A program made the position numbers and the translations under genes. 64,000 nucleotides of DNA from Rhina ancylostomus (taxonomy: Eukaryota). Every line of letters begins with the position of its first letter. Position 1 is the stretch's first letter. Below the pieces are notes generated by a model. It had not been told where the DNA came from. It was given only the letters and a program-made list of their open reading frames with translations, and did not search any database. This document shows, in pieces, positions 52,101-64,000 of the stretch. Location of the stretch: assembly GCA_030265395.1 (NCBI GenBank), contig JARFYF010000104.1:79910453-79974452 (forward strand), written 5' to 3'.

Positions 52101-52459
52101 TGCCATAAAAGTTTTTATGGTTTATTTCACAAGCTACTTTTAAGAATCCCCAAATCTCTTTGCTTTGCACATTACATAGCTTCCCCTCATGTTTTCCATT
52201 TTATACCATTTCAAATTTCCTGATACCAAATTGAAAGCTCATCGATCTGAGCATTAACTGTTTCCCACTCCTCACTTGCAGCCTAACCTCCAGAGTGTTT
52301 CCATCATATTTCTTTAATACTCCATTTGTTTGCTTATTTATTATCACATCAATTGCAACCCCTACAGCTTCCTTTGCTCCTGAGAATTACTTCCTCTGCC
52401 TCCAAATCTGAGCTCTGGCCCCTTTCATCTAAACCACGTTTAACTCTTTAGCTACAAAG

Positions 52460-53470
52460 CTCCTCCGGGATGCCCCGAGAACATTTACAAGCACACACGA
52501 TGTTTGCGGGGCGGTGAACACAGGTCCTGCTCTCCCCATTACGAGGGACCGGGCATGTTCCACGTGGGGCAGGGTTACGGCGAACACCAGTCCGTCCGTC
52601 CGTCCCGCTGCTCTCCCGCCCCCGGACCAGCCGCGGAGAAGCGGTGGGACATGCGGTCACCATACTAGGCTGGCTCACCCCTCTCCCGGGATAAAGGAGC
52701 AGCTTGCACCCGGTGCCCAGCCCGGCGGTAAGCTACCGGCGGATGAAGGGACGTTAGATGCGCCGAACGGTTCGGACCCGTCAAAAACCCCGCGCCCCAC
52801 CCACCCCGGACCTGCCTCNNNNNNNNNNNNNNNNNNNNNNNNNNNNNNNNNNNNNNNNNNNNNNNNNNNNNNNNNNNNNNNNNNNNNNNNNNNNNNNNNN
52901 NNNNNNNNNNNNNNNNNNCACCCACCCCGGACCTGCCTCGGGCAGCAGAAGCACCCGCTCACTGTTTCTATCCGCGCACCATCTCCAGGACCCGGGGGTA
53001 CGAGAAGAAGTCAGCGAGCCCTCGCCTCACCTTCCCGACACGGCAACTGCCGGGCGCCCGCTCCGCCTCAACCTACTCTCCAAGGAAAGGTCGTCTCCCG
53101 GCCCGAGCCGCGGCTGATTGACGGGCGGCCGAGCCAACAGCTGGCCCAAGTATTCTCCCGCCGGCCAATCGCCATGCAGGGAGCGCAAAGGACACGGTGA
53201 CAACGCCCGCCCCGCTCCTTTGTTTCAAGTTAGGTTGAGTGGGAGCGGGTTACCCGCCGCCACATAACGGTAAACCGTTCCAAACATTAACGGAAAGAAC
53301 CCGAGGCCGTGTTCGAATTTGAACAGGGTTCGGTGAAGTCCGGACATGCACCGCCTCAGGTGAAGGTCCCACGGGGGGGCTCCCTGCCACGGCATTTCCC
53401 CCCCCCCAAGCCCAACACTCTGCCCCGCCCCAACTCCCATCCACGCAAGACAAGGTTCCTGCAGCAAAAC
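52460..53470. promoter_or_regulatory. CpG island / SNCAIP promoter
   Basis: The only GC- and CpG-rich kilobase in an AT-rich, CpG-depleted window, lying upstream of exon 2 on the minus strand. CCAAT at 53165-53169, GC box at 53204-53214, TGATTGACGG at 53115-53124. Confidence 0.85.
53031..53110 (-). other. SNCAIP: Probable non-coding exon 1 of SNCAIP (5' end is a guess)
   Basis: Strong donor AAG|gtgagg (GT at 53030-53029) just downstream of the CCAAT/GC boxes. Exon 2 starts with an acceptor, so an upstream exon is required. Confidence 0.55.
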
Positions 53471-53779
53471 AAGGTGCAGCTGCCCGACTTCTTGACCCAT
53501 AGACAATTCAGCAGACAAATCCTTGAGTCTGGATGTTCTAACGACGCATTTGGGTCTTCCTGATGTTTCTACACAACGCAGTTCTTTCAATTTGGATCAT
53601 TGTGCTCGCTTGTCCTGTGCATTGGGGGAGGTGGTGCACAGAGTGAGTTTGCCCAACATCTTTGTTCATTCGGGAACAACTGCAACTTGGATTTTTGTGA
53701 AAGGTCCCCCAGGTGCTTCACAGGAGAGTTATCAAACAATATGGGACTGAGCATATAAAAAAAGGCATCCAAAAGTTTC

Positions 53780-54510
53780 GCTGCAGATGCTGGAAGTTTG
53801 AAATAACAGGAAGTGCTGGAAATAATCAGCAGTTTCAGTGGAAAGAGAAAAACAGAGTTAACATTTTAGATCACTAACCTTTCATTTTTTTATTTACAGA
53901 AATTTACAGATAAAACAAGTTTTAAGGAGCAGAGAAAGGGGAGAGGTGGGGAGAACACAAGTTGCACTGTGATAAGGGTGAGAGGCAGAATAGGTGAAAT
54001 AGCAAAGGTGACAGTGGGATGTGAACAAGGTTGTTAAAGAGATTAATAACAAAATGTAGGCCTGGAGGAAGATGAAGATGTTGATTAATTATTTAAAATT
54101 ACCAGAAGAGCTGTGAATGTTGATAGTGTGAAATGTGTTCTGGTAGGCTTCGATTCACTCTTCAAACTTCACCAATGCCCTCTCCCATTCTGAAGTACCT
54201 TTCACATGCAACCATAGGAGATGTCATTCTTGTCCTTGTAGATAGTTCATCCACGTTCACCAAGGCCCTTTGCAAATAGCCTTTCCAGATGAAGTAGAAA
54301 TTTTCTTGCATTTCCAATTTAATTTACTGCATTTGCTGCCCACAATGAAAATAAGAAAATGCCATTTTAATTCTCAGTCACATTTCTTTTCTGACATGTC
54401 TATGACCTCCTCCACTGCCATACCTGAAATGTTTTTCTTTCCACAGCTTCTGGTTGACTTTTTCCAGCATTCTGTTTTTGTTTCAGATTCCAGCACCTGT
54501 AGTTTTATTT
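53780..54510. mobile_element. Penelope-derived element with inverted termini
   Basis: ctgcagatgctggaa... and ...gattccagcacctgtag ends; internal remnant of the GIY-YIG region at about 54255-54380. Confidence 0.65.
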
Positions 54511-54696
54511 GCTTTCCATAAGGAAACAGGAGCAGGAGTAGGCCACTCAGACAGCCTTGCCATTCATTATTGCTCATGACTGATCTGTCTCAGGCAACAT
54601 CACATGTTCTGTGGAAGTTTCCCATTTCCTTCAATTCCCTGATCTTTCAAAAACAAACCTATTTCCTCGTTAAATAGCCCCAATGATCTAGGCTCC

Positions 54697-55375
54697 TGTT
54701 GTGAGTGGGAAAACATATTCGATGGGTCTCAAAAGCAAGGACTCTGAACACAGTCTGGCAGTAAATGATTTTATTTACAAAAGATGAGCATGGGAAAATN
54801 NNNNNNNNNNNNNNNNNNNNNNNNNNNNNNNNNNNNNNNNNNNNNNNNNNNNNNNNNNNNNNNNNNNNNNNNNNNNNNNNNNNNNNNNNNNNNNNNNNNC
54901 TCAAAAGCAAGGACTCTGAACACAGTCTGGCAGTAAATGATTTTATTTACAAAAGATGAGCATGGGAAAATGGTAACAGGAATAAAATAGACACACATAC
55001 AACAATCAAGGAAAAACAATACAATACCCGCCACCCTTGACTCAGCGCAGACACAGCTCTGTGCTACTAGGGACACTAAATAAAACACTCCCAACCCTTT
55101 AACAGAGCACAGCTCACCAATGACTTCTCCAGTGCTGTTCCACAGTACTCAGCCTGGAGTGAAGTAGGGTGGTCCCTCTAAGATGGTAGATAGCTGAGCA
55201 CACATGGCGCCCTTTATACTGCTGGATGGCTGGGGGGGGGGCTGGGTTCTAGCCCAGGTAATTTACAAGGGGCCAATGGTCAGGTGTGAGCTGATGGATG
55301 GAGCCAACCCTTGATTGGCAGTGGTGTATCTGTTGACCAGGTAGTGGGCAGTGCTATCATGTGACAGCCACAACC
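54697..55375 (-). mobile_element. Solo LTR (Gypsy-like) inserted in a CR1 fragment
   Basis: Ends tgttgtg / cacaac(c), flanks ctcc / ttcc. On the minus strand: CCAAT (55318-55314), TATAAA (55218-55213), then AATAAA. Confidence 0.6.
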
Positions 55376-55499
55376 TTCCACAGTGGAGTTCCATACCCCT
55401 CTGGGGCAGTGGATTCCAAAGATTCACCAGCCTTTGGGAGAAGTTCTTACTCACTTCAGTTTTAATCTGTAACTAGGTCCCGTCATTTGAAATTTTCCA

Positions 55500-56760
55500 A
55501 GTAGTGGAACACCTAGAGTTGTCCCTGCACAGAAATAGGCCTTTCAGTCCATCATGTCCATGCAGACCTTTTTGCACATCTACACTAATCCCATTTGCCT
55601 GCATTAGGGCCATATCCTTCTATGCCTTGCCTATTAAAGCATTCTGCATTCTGTTATTGCTTTGTACTACCTTGATGTGGTGAAATGATCTGTATGGATG
55701 GCATGCAAAACAAAGTTTTTTTCACTTACTTTGGTACCTGTGACAGTAATAAACCAATTACTAATTAAATGTCTGTCTAAATGCCTCTTCAATGTAGATT
55801 ATCTGATTCCTCCACCTTCTCTGGCAGCGCTCTGCAGATATCAAACACTGTGTAAAAAAAAACTTACCCCTAAGATCCCTTTTAAATCTCCTTCATCTCA
55901 CCTTAAAACTATGCTCATTTCTTTTTGATGCCTCTACCATGGGAAAACATTTGGATTATCTGCCCTATCTTTGCCTCTGATAATCTTATACACTTCTATT
56001 CAGCTTCCATTGCACCATGAAAACAAGCCCAACCTATCCAATCTCTCCCCATAACTAATGTCCTCCAATGCAAGCAACATCCTGGTGAATCTCCTCATCT
56101 ACCCTGTTGTACCCCCAAGGATCTTAAGTGTTTCAATACAATCACCCCTCATTCTTTTAAAGTGCAGAGATCCAAACTCCTAAAATCTAATTTCTTTAGC
56201 TGCTCATGATAGAACAATCCTGTCAACCCAAGCGACTCTCCTCCACATTAGGGAAAGCAAATGAAGATTTGTGAAAGAAAAAAAGAAGAAAGCAGGGAGA
56301 GAGAAAACAGGGAATTATAAATGTTAGTAGGGAAAATGCTGCCATCTATAATGAAATATACAACGATCAAACATTTAAAGTCAGCTTGGATTTATGAGAA
56401 GGAAATAATGTTTGATGAATCAACCAGAGTTCTTTGAAGATGTTACTTGTCGAATAGATATGGGAGAACTAACAAACCAGTGGATGTGTTGTATTTAGTA
56501 GAGTTCCACACAGAAAGTTGGTTAACAAGGTTAGATCACATGGAATTGGGGACAACATACTTACATGGATTGAGAATCGNNNNNNNNNNNNNNNNNNNNN
56601 NNNNNNNNNNNNNNNNNNNNNNNNNNNNNNNNNNNNNNNNNNNNNNNNNNNNNNNGTCTGTCTCAGATCAGCAGACGGTGACTAGCGGGGTACTGCAGAG
56701 ATTGGCTGAGAGGACCAAAAGTTGTATTTCCAAGTTTGCTGATAATGCAAAACTAGCAGT
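55500..56760. mobile_element. CR1 fragments (3' end on -, RT on + at about 56320-56760)
   Basis: aggcctttcagtccatc tail; PVDVLYL...VTSGVLQ...ISKFADNAKL. Confidence 0.7.
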
Positions 56761-56769
56761 GATTAAGAG

Positions 56770-57545
56770 CCAAAAAAAAGCTGCTATAGGAACTCAGCAG
56801 GTCAGGCGGCATCTGTGGAGGCAGAAGGATAATCAACATTTTGGGTCGAGACCCTGCATCAGTACTGAGAGTGTAAAGGGGAGATAGTCAGTATAAACAG
56901 GTGAAGGGGAGGGGTGAGGCAAAGAGCTGGCAAGCGATAGGTGGATCCAGGTGAAGAGAGATTGATTGACAGATGGAGTCACAAGTGGGGGACAGAAAGG
57001 TGTAGATAGCGACAGTGGCTGGGAGGTGATGTGGACACAACAGAGGGCTGCAGGTTATGGAATCTGATAAGAAAGGAAGGTGAGTGGAACCAATTAAGGG
57101 ACAGATGGCCGGTAGATGGGAATAATGGGGTAGGAGGGGATAGGGCACCCAATAGGTTGAGTGTGTGGGTGATAGGAAGATGGAACCAGACAGGAGAGGG
57201 AAAAGAAACTGGGTAACTGAGGGAGGGAGGGCAGTTTGGAAAGAATGGGATGTTTGAGAGAACCTGGTGATCAGATGGAAAGAGAAAAGCTTAGTCCGGG
57301 GGGAGAGGCAGGTTACTTGAAATCAGAGAATTCGATGTTCATATGCTGGGTTGTAATCTACCCAGATAGAATATGAGTTGCTGTTTCTCTAATTTACATT
57401 TGGCCTCACTCTGGAAGAAGGCTGAGGACAGGCAAGTTGGTGTGGGAATGGGGAAGGGAATTCAAATGGCTTGTAACCGGGAGATGAAAATGGCCATTGC
57501 GGACAGAATGCAAGTACTCAGCATAGCAATTGCTCTGTCTGCTTT
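56770..57545 (-). mobile_element. Penelope-like 3' fragment: ORF end, 3'UTR, hammerhead-bearing terminus
   Basis: Minus strand QSEAKCKLEKQQLIFYLGRLQPS near 57410-57340, then cagta CTGATGC a gggt-ctcg-accc AAAA tgtt at 56867-56831. Confidence 0.75.
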
Positions 57546-57639
57546 CCACCTTCTTGTTCTCTCTTCCTACATCCCCTTTTCTTCATCATAAAACTTACTT
57601 TGTATCTCCAACTTTGCCTAATTCTGATTATTGGTGATA

Positions 57640-57930
57640 GAAATCAGAGATATGCTAAGGACTGGGGCCAGAGGATTGCAGAGTCCTCAAGGGGTTGGTG
57701 GGTGAAGAAGGTTACAGTGAAAGGGAGGGTTGTGGCCATGGAACAAATTGTAAATTTCTTTGAAAATTGAGGCACCACTGGACCGAGAGCTGATTTAGCT
57801 CAACGAGCACCGGAATGATAGGGAATTCTACAGTGCAAGTTAGGACAGAAGCAGCAGGGTTTTGCATCAATTCAGGCCAATGGAGAGTGGAAACTGGGAA
57901 GACTGCCAGGAAGCATTGGAATTATCAGGT
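57640..57930 (-). mobile_element. L2-like LINE fragment
   Basis: Resembles a common elasmobranch L2 3' region (from recall); a similar piece lies at about 6290-6430. Confidence 0.4.
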
Positions 57931-58179
57931 ACCACAGAACTTATGGTCCATTCTTCATTCCAGTACCATTCGGACCACTCCGTCCTCAGTTTCCTACAGT
58001 AGGACGGGTATTGAGGTACAGAGGAAGTGCGGGACTTTGGAGTGCTTATTGACCGATCTTTGGAGGTAGAGAACAGACGATTAAGAAAACTTAAGGAATA
58101 ATTGCCTTTATTGGTCAGAGCATAGAATATAAAAGCAGAATGATCATGCTGAATTTATAAAAATATCAGTTCAACCAGT

Positions 58180-60000
58180 GGTTGTGTACTGTATATGTGG
58201 GATATTGAGTGTCTAAAGATCTTAATGAATTATTTGTACCATGTGGTATGACTTTTGTTACTTTGTTATATGTGCCACTGTTGTTAGATAAATGTTGTTC
58301 ATCATTAATAAAGGATAGAATCTCTATCTTAGTTATTTGCCTTGTTAACCAACAATGTAGAAGAAGCTAATGAGTTTGGTATGTTGCTGTTGAGGAAATT
58401 GCAAGGCAATAACCCAGTGTGAGGGAAAAGAGAACAGGATTCTATAGATAGAAGAGTAATGATGTTAGGTGCTGGACACAATGGATTTGTTGGAAATGAG
58501 AGGTTACAAACAATTATGTGTTCATGGAGTGGATGAGGATGTTCTTCAAGGCAAATTGTTTCCGAAGTCTTGGGAGTGAACAGAAAACACTGCTATATAT
58601 AAAAGGAGCTGGACACATGTGATCCATTAGTGAATTTATCACTGCAACAATCCATGGATGAGGTCTCCTACAAGGTTATCATAAGGATCTCGAAATGGCA
58701 TTTTAATCATATACCTTCAATGATTTACACATGCAATATGTGCATTCAGTGACCAAGAGAGACTGTGGATATATATGTGGTAATATGAAAGACATTGGCT
58801 ATGTGGTGCAATTCTCAGAACTCTTTCAGACTGTGGGATTCTTTACTTTGTTGTCTATCAAACAAAAGGATTTGGGCAAAACCATTTGACATGCTAGAAC
58901 TGGCAGAGGGAGCATGCAGAATAGCCACACATACTGGAAAGAGCATTGAAGAATTTGAAACAGTTTTCCTCAGGACATGACCTGAGGTGCAGGCAGGGAG
59001 CAAGACCATAAAAATGATGATTTAGTTGGTGGTTTCATTGTCTTCTTCATGACTAAATTTTTGGCAGGAAAACATTAGATCAAGTGAGTGCCAGAGGCCA
59101 GAAGGCTATGAGTCATGTCGGTGGAAAAGGTGGGGAGGCCTTGCTATGGCTGTTATGGAAGCCACCTGGCCACAGAATGCTGTTCGTAATAACTCAAGTG
59201 TTTTAATTGCCACTAACTAATGCATATTGCTTGGGTATGCAGTCCCTAAAGTAGCAACTGATAATGACAGAGTAAGTTGAATGAAATTTATTGTACCCCA
59301 GTAATGTGAGTTATCGACAATACATTAGTAGCCTATTGATTGATTGAAAGTACCATAATTCAGATGCACATAGATATGCTGTAAACCAGTCAGTAAAAAT
59401 GCAAGGTGTTATTTAGAAAATACATCAATCATTTTTTTTGAGGCAGTGTAAATTGGTGTTAGGTGCCTCTTCAAGTGAAATTCTCCATGGTATTGTGGAA
59501 ATAGTCTGTTGGATTGCTGCTGGAGACATATCAATCCAGTTGCCTAGCCTGGTGCTGAGCTAGAACCATGTGTCTGCAATTATGGACATTATTTTTGAGT
59601 CACTTGAGCTGAGAGACTTTGGTCTTTCAGAGAATAGAAGCATTGATCAGTAACAAGACCCAGAATCCATTAAGGTTGTGAGGTGTATTGGTCCTGCTCT
59701 AGAAAACCACTGATCAGGTAAATTCCAAGGGTGCCAGGAACCTAGAACACACAGTTGGGCCATTCCAGGACTACCAGCTATGGGTCTAACAGGGTGATCA
59801 TGGAGAATGGAAAATCAATAGCCACAGTTTCTCTAACTGAGAAGGTGAAATAAGTTAAGTCAATAGAAGAGAGCATGGTGAAGACAGTCAACTCTCTTGA
59901 AAGAAGTATGACTTTAATACAGGATGTGAGGTTTGTTATATGTGGAGCTTACTGGAGAAGTCATTCATTGGGTTTAATAGTGTCAGGGCTATATTATTTA
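58180..60000 (+). mobile_element. Highly decayed Gypsy LTR-retrotransposon (gag relic)
   Basis: 59142-59240 translates CYGCYGSHLATECCS**LKCFNCH*LMHIAWVC, a tandem CCHC zinc knuckle with stops. Element limits are uncertain. Confidence 0.55.
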
Positions 60001-62339
60001 GTTTATACTGTAGTGTATTTGACAGGACTAGGAAATGAGTAGAATTATGGTTAGCTAGATTTATAGTTGTTGACTGAATATATTTGTATTTTTTATAAAT
60101 AGTTAAATGAGATTTCACATTTTATCAAAGTAATTAATAATGTACAGTATGTTAATAGTTATTGTTAGAAAGGGTTTGTTACTTTTAAAGGAAAGACAGT
60201 AGAGTATCTCCTCTTTTGATTAGGTTCTTTGAAAGTTTCTAGCCTGAAAACATTTACCTTCGTGGTATTTTAAATCCTGACCCCATTTCCCCTCTCAGCA
60301 GATGCTGGTAATGCCAGTATCTAGTCTACTGGGATTTGGGCAAGTGTGAACTACTACTTAATAGTAGGAATCCCTGATGAATATTGTTGGCAGGATCATC
60401 TGCAACCCTAGTCTATGCATCTTCTTCTATTGCATATCCAAGCAATGAGAACCATCATCACATTACCATATTTTCTGTGCTTCCCTTTCCCTCTGCTGTT
60501 CTATAAACACCACCTCTGAGCCCACATGTTCCTTTATCACCCTCTTTTGCCTTACATTATCATCTCATTTGCCATGTAATTATTTCTGTCTCCTTATTTT
60601 GAGACTATGGGCCTCACACTTCCGTCCCATCCCCTTCAGCTTTTAGATACTTAAAACAGGAGACATTGGCTCAGCATCTACTCTGTTTAAGTCCTGTAAG
60701 AATTTTGTACATTTCAATTGGATCACTTCTCATTCTCCTAAACCGTGGAGATCATTGGACCAGTCTGCGTAATCTCTTATCATATAACAAATCTCTGTCC
60801 CAGCAAAGAAGTTGGTGAACCTTTACCATACTCTTTCTACCACCAGTATTTCTTCCGATCCCAACTCTAATTTTCATCCAAAAGCACTCTCTTCCTATCC
60901 ATAGATGATTCCTATATTTTCAGCATTATCTGTTTTTATTTAGGATTTTTACAATCCACAGGATTTTGCTTTTGTAGTAGTTCCACTTTCACCTTGGTCC
61001 TATATTTTTTGTACATCCAAATGTTCATCTTTCTCCTTGTTACTACTGAATCTGCTTCCATTATTCTTTCAGCTGGTTCATTCAAGATGACAGGATGCAA
61101 ACTCTGCAAAAAAAAAAGCTGTTTCCTTATTTGGTCATTAACCCTTCTGCCACAATAAACAGTTTCTCCTTATTTATTCCCAAACTACTTCATGATTTTG
61201 AACACTATCATTTATATATATAGGTATATAAAATACAGCATATTTCTAAATATCTATTATGATGATGAATCGTCTCATAATCACATTATGAATGCTGGGC
61301 TAACAATGAGAGAATTGAAAGAAAGGTGTAAGCAATTCAGAGTTTTCTCTCTGGGACTGTCAACCCTGACATGGGTCATTGATTAATGGTAATTGAAAAG
61401 ATCAGTTTCTACTTTTGTTGCACAGATTACATTGAGTCTTCATGTTCAGGAGATTGCATTCTGTTTACAATTAGTAATATCGATTTATGGTGATCAAATC
61501 AGTCAAATGTTGATTTTATTATATGTGGTTTGGAAATTCTTCTCATTAAAACTGCCAATTACCATTTAAAAAAAATCAAACCATTAATCAATGGCCTTGC
61601 TTGTGAGATCAAGCCAAATAAAATGTATTTACTTCCAATTAGCAAATGAAAAATATTTGGTCTAATCTTTCATAAAACTAAGAAAAATATGATTACATGT
61701 AATTATATAGTCTTTATTAATAGCAACGATGGAAAAGATGACAACAACATGCAATTATGCATTTGAACAATTTCTGCATTCATTTTTGAGAGGGATAATC
61801 AAAAAATATGGATGTCAAATCAAAGGAGACTTTGAAAGAACTGTAAAAAAATTACAAATTTAATGTTTGGGGTTATTTCTAGAAAAGGAGAGAAATAATG
61901 TTACACTTGCATTGAATATTGTTGGCAATATATTCAATGTTGAATATATCTTGGTTTTATTACATTTGTAGTGTTATGAATAGGCACAAAGGAAGGTGCA
62001 AGTGTACTAGAACCACATTAGAAATGAGAGACTTAACCTATAAGGAAAGAGTTTTTGGACTCTTCTACAGGAAAGTTGAGATGGGTGGGGAGTTGGGGGT
62101 GCAGGGTGTCACTTGATAAAGAGAAACAACAGCTTTGATTGGGTACAGAGATTGAAATTTGTGTTCATTAAAAAAAGATTGTAACTACTGAATTTGAAAA
62201 GAGATTCAACAAAGAAAAACTTCCTCTCTAGAGTTGTTAGAATCTAGCATATTCTACCATAAGGAACAGTTGAAGCAACAAGCCTAAATGCATTTAGAGG
62301 GTAGCTAGAAAAACACACAAAGGAGGAGATATTGGAAGT

Positions 62340-63090
62340 GAAAAGCAAAATAACTGTAGATACTGGAAATCTGAAATAAAAACAGANNNNNNNNNNNNNN
62401 NNNNNNNNNNNNNNNNNNNTCTGTGAATGTAGAAAGAATTAATCTTTCAAGTCAATGACCCTTCATCAAGATTGGATAATTAAGAAAATCAGAGCATTTT
62501 AAGTTGCATAGATGGGGAGGGCTGAAGAGAACAAAGGGGAGGCTAAATTGTCCCAGTGAACCAAACGCTTTTGGTTCTGCCTAAGACGGCAGTAGGGAGG
62601 CCAAAAAAAAACATGCTTGAATGATGAGATGCAGAACACCAAAATTGTTGGAAATCTCAAAGAAGATGCTTGAAATATTCAACAGATCAGGTAGTATCTG
62701 TGGAGACAGAAAAAACAGGTGGATGACCTTACATCAGAACTGGCTAGTTCTGACACAAACAAAGAAGGGTGGTTACCTGAAATTGTTGGATTCAGTATTT
62801 ATTCCCAAGGACTGTAACATTCATAGATGGAAGATGAGGTGCTATTCCTCAAGCTGATGTTAGGCTTTGTTGGAACAGTGTAAAAGATCAGTCACAGAAG
62901 TTGGAGTGGGATAGAGAATTAAGGTGACAGGCTTAGAGTCATCCTTTGCAGACTGAATAGAGATATTCTGCCAAGCAGTCATCCAAGCTGTGTTTCCTTT
63001 GCCCAATATAGAGGAGGCCACGTGGTGAACACAATGCAATACACTAAATTGAAAGCAATGCAAGTGAGGTGCATGTGCTTTGCAGAACAC
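62340..63090 (-). mobile_element. Penelope-like fragments including GIY-YIG region and hammerhead remnant (62436-62473)
   Basis: Minus strand NLVYCI...(L)YIG-like region with frameshifts and LLHCSNKA*HQLEE*HLIFHL. Also aatc TTGATGA a gggtc-att-gactt GAAA g att. Confidence 0.7.
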
Positions 63091-64000
63091 TACTGTTCTG
63101 CTTCAAGGGTGACCAAAGCTCCCAATCACCTGTCACTTTAATTCTCCATGCCTTAACTGTGCCTTAACTTTGTAGCTTGAAATCTCAATTGCTTGTGACT
63201 TACACCCTCTAAGCTTTTCTTAACTTTAAACTCTTTCACTCCCATCACTGCTTCACATTCCCATTTATCCCTTTGCTTATGTGAAAACGCCTAAAAATCC
63301 TTCCCTGAAATGTGAAATTAAAAAAATGCTGGAAATTTTCAGCAGGTCAGAAAAAAACAAAATTAGGCTAATACTTCAGTGTAGTACCTGACATGGTTCT
63401 GAGTTCTGGCCCTCAATTTGGCTCCTTTAATGCCTTGTTGTATAGCACATGGATTCCATGCTGGACTGNNNNNNNNNNNNNNNNNNNNNNNNNNNNNNNN
63501 NNNNNNNNNNNNNNNNNNNNNNNNNNNNNNNNNNNNNNNNNNNNNNNNNNNNNNNNNNNNNNNNNNNNCTGACTCCAGTCTTGTACCAGTGTGCTGCATT
63601 TGGGTTCTCTGTGAGCTTGCTCTTTGCTCAACATTGTGACAGAACTGAGGGAATACTTTATTGTCAGGTGACCAAACAAGACCTCTTCTACCTGTTCAGG
63701 TAAATGTGAAATATATCACAGAATTGTTTAAAAATCTCATCATCTCTGCAGTCTGGCTTATGTGTGAATTCAGTCACACATTACGTGGTTGCTTCTTACT
63801 GTCCTATTAGAAATAAACTATAAGTAATACCATGTGAGATTGAATAAATGAATGCAAGTCCATCCTTTCTCATTTCTTGGAATGGATCTCACATAACACA
63901 CAACAGTCACGTTGTTAGGTTATAAAACCAGATTCTGTTCAGTGCAATGGCAAATTTTATTAAAGACACCTGATTCATCTGCACCATTTTATTTATAGTC

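Noticed and set aside
52448-53590. ORFs of 60-228 aa in the CpG island
   Set aside because: Expected from GC-rich, stop-poor sequence; Pro/Arg/Gly-rich with no recognisable domain.
55119-59965. 15-nt match actggagaagtcatt between the solo LTR (-) and the end of the Gypsy relic (+)
   Set aside because: A few 15-mer matches are expected by chance in 64 kb on two strands, and the similarity does not visibly extend.
1-64000. Prokaryotic systems (CRISPR arrays, operons), tRNA/rRNA genes
   Set aside because: The sequence is a vertebrate intron-exon locus. tRNA-like boxes belong to SINE heads, and no regularly spaced repeat-spacer array was seen.

Overview
This window is eukaryotic genomic DNA from a gappy short-read scaffold. 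The repeat content (V-SINE/HE1, SacSINE1-like, CR1, Penelope-like) points to a cartilaginous fish, probably a batoid (inference). The single gene is SNCAIP (synphilin-1) on the minus strand. It has a CpG-island promoter and non-coding first exon near 53.0-53.2 kb and eight coding exons from 28948 down to 4614, about 560 codons matching human synphilin-1 up to the coiled coil. One exon is cut by an N gap, and the large C-terminal exon lies outside the window. The rest is decayed retroelements, a Gypsy relic, a solo LTR and a Tc1/mariner-type MITE. The main observations are: (1) many Penelope-derived short elements carrying degenerate minimal type I hammerhead ribozyme motifs, several in sense with the SNCAIP pre-mRNA; (2) a candidate 129-nt in-frame cassette exon in intron 2; (3) a solo LTR with CCAAT, TATA and a splice donor pointing into SNCAIP; (4) uORFs overlapping the start codon, and a synphilin-1A-type frame closed by a single TAG. 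Family and homology calls come from my recall of known sequences, not from database searches. Repeat boundaries are approximate.
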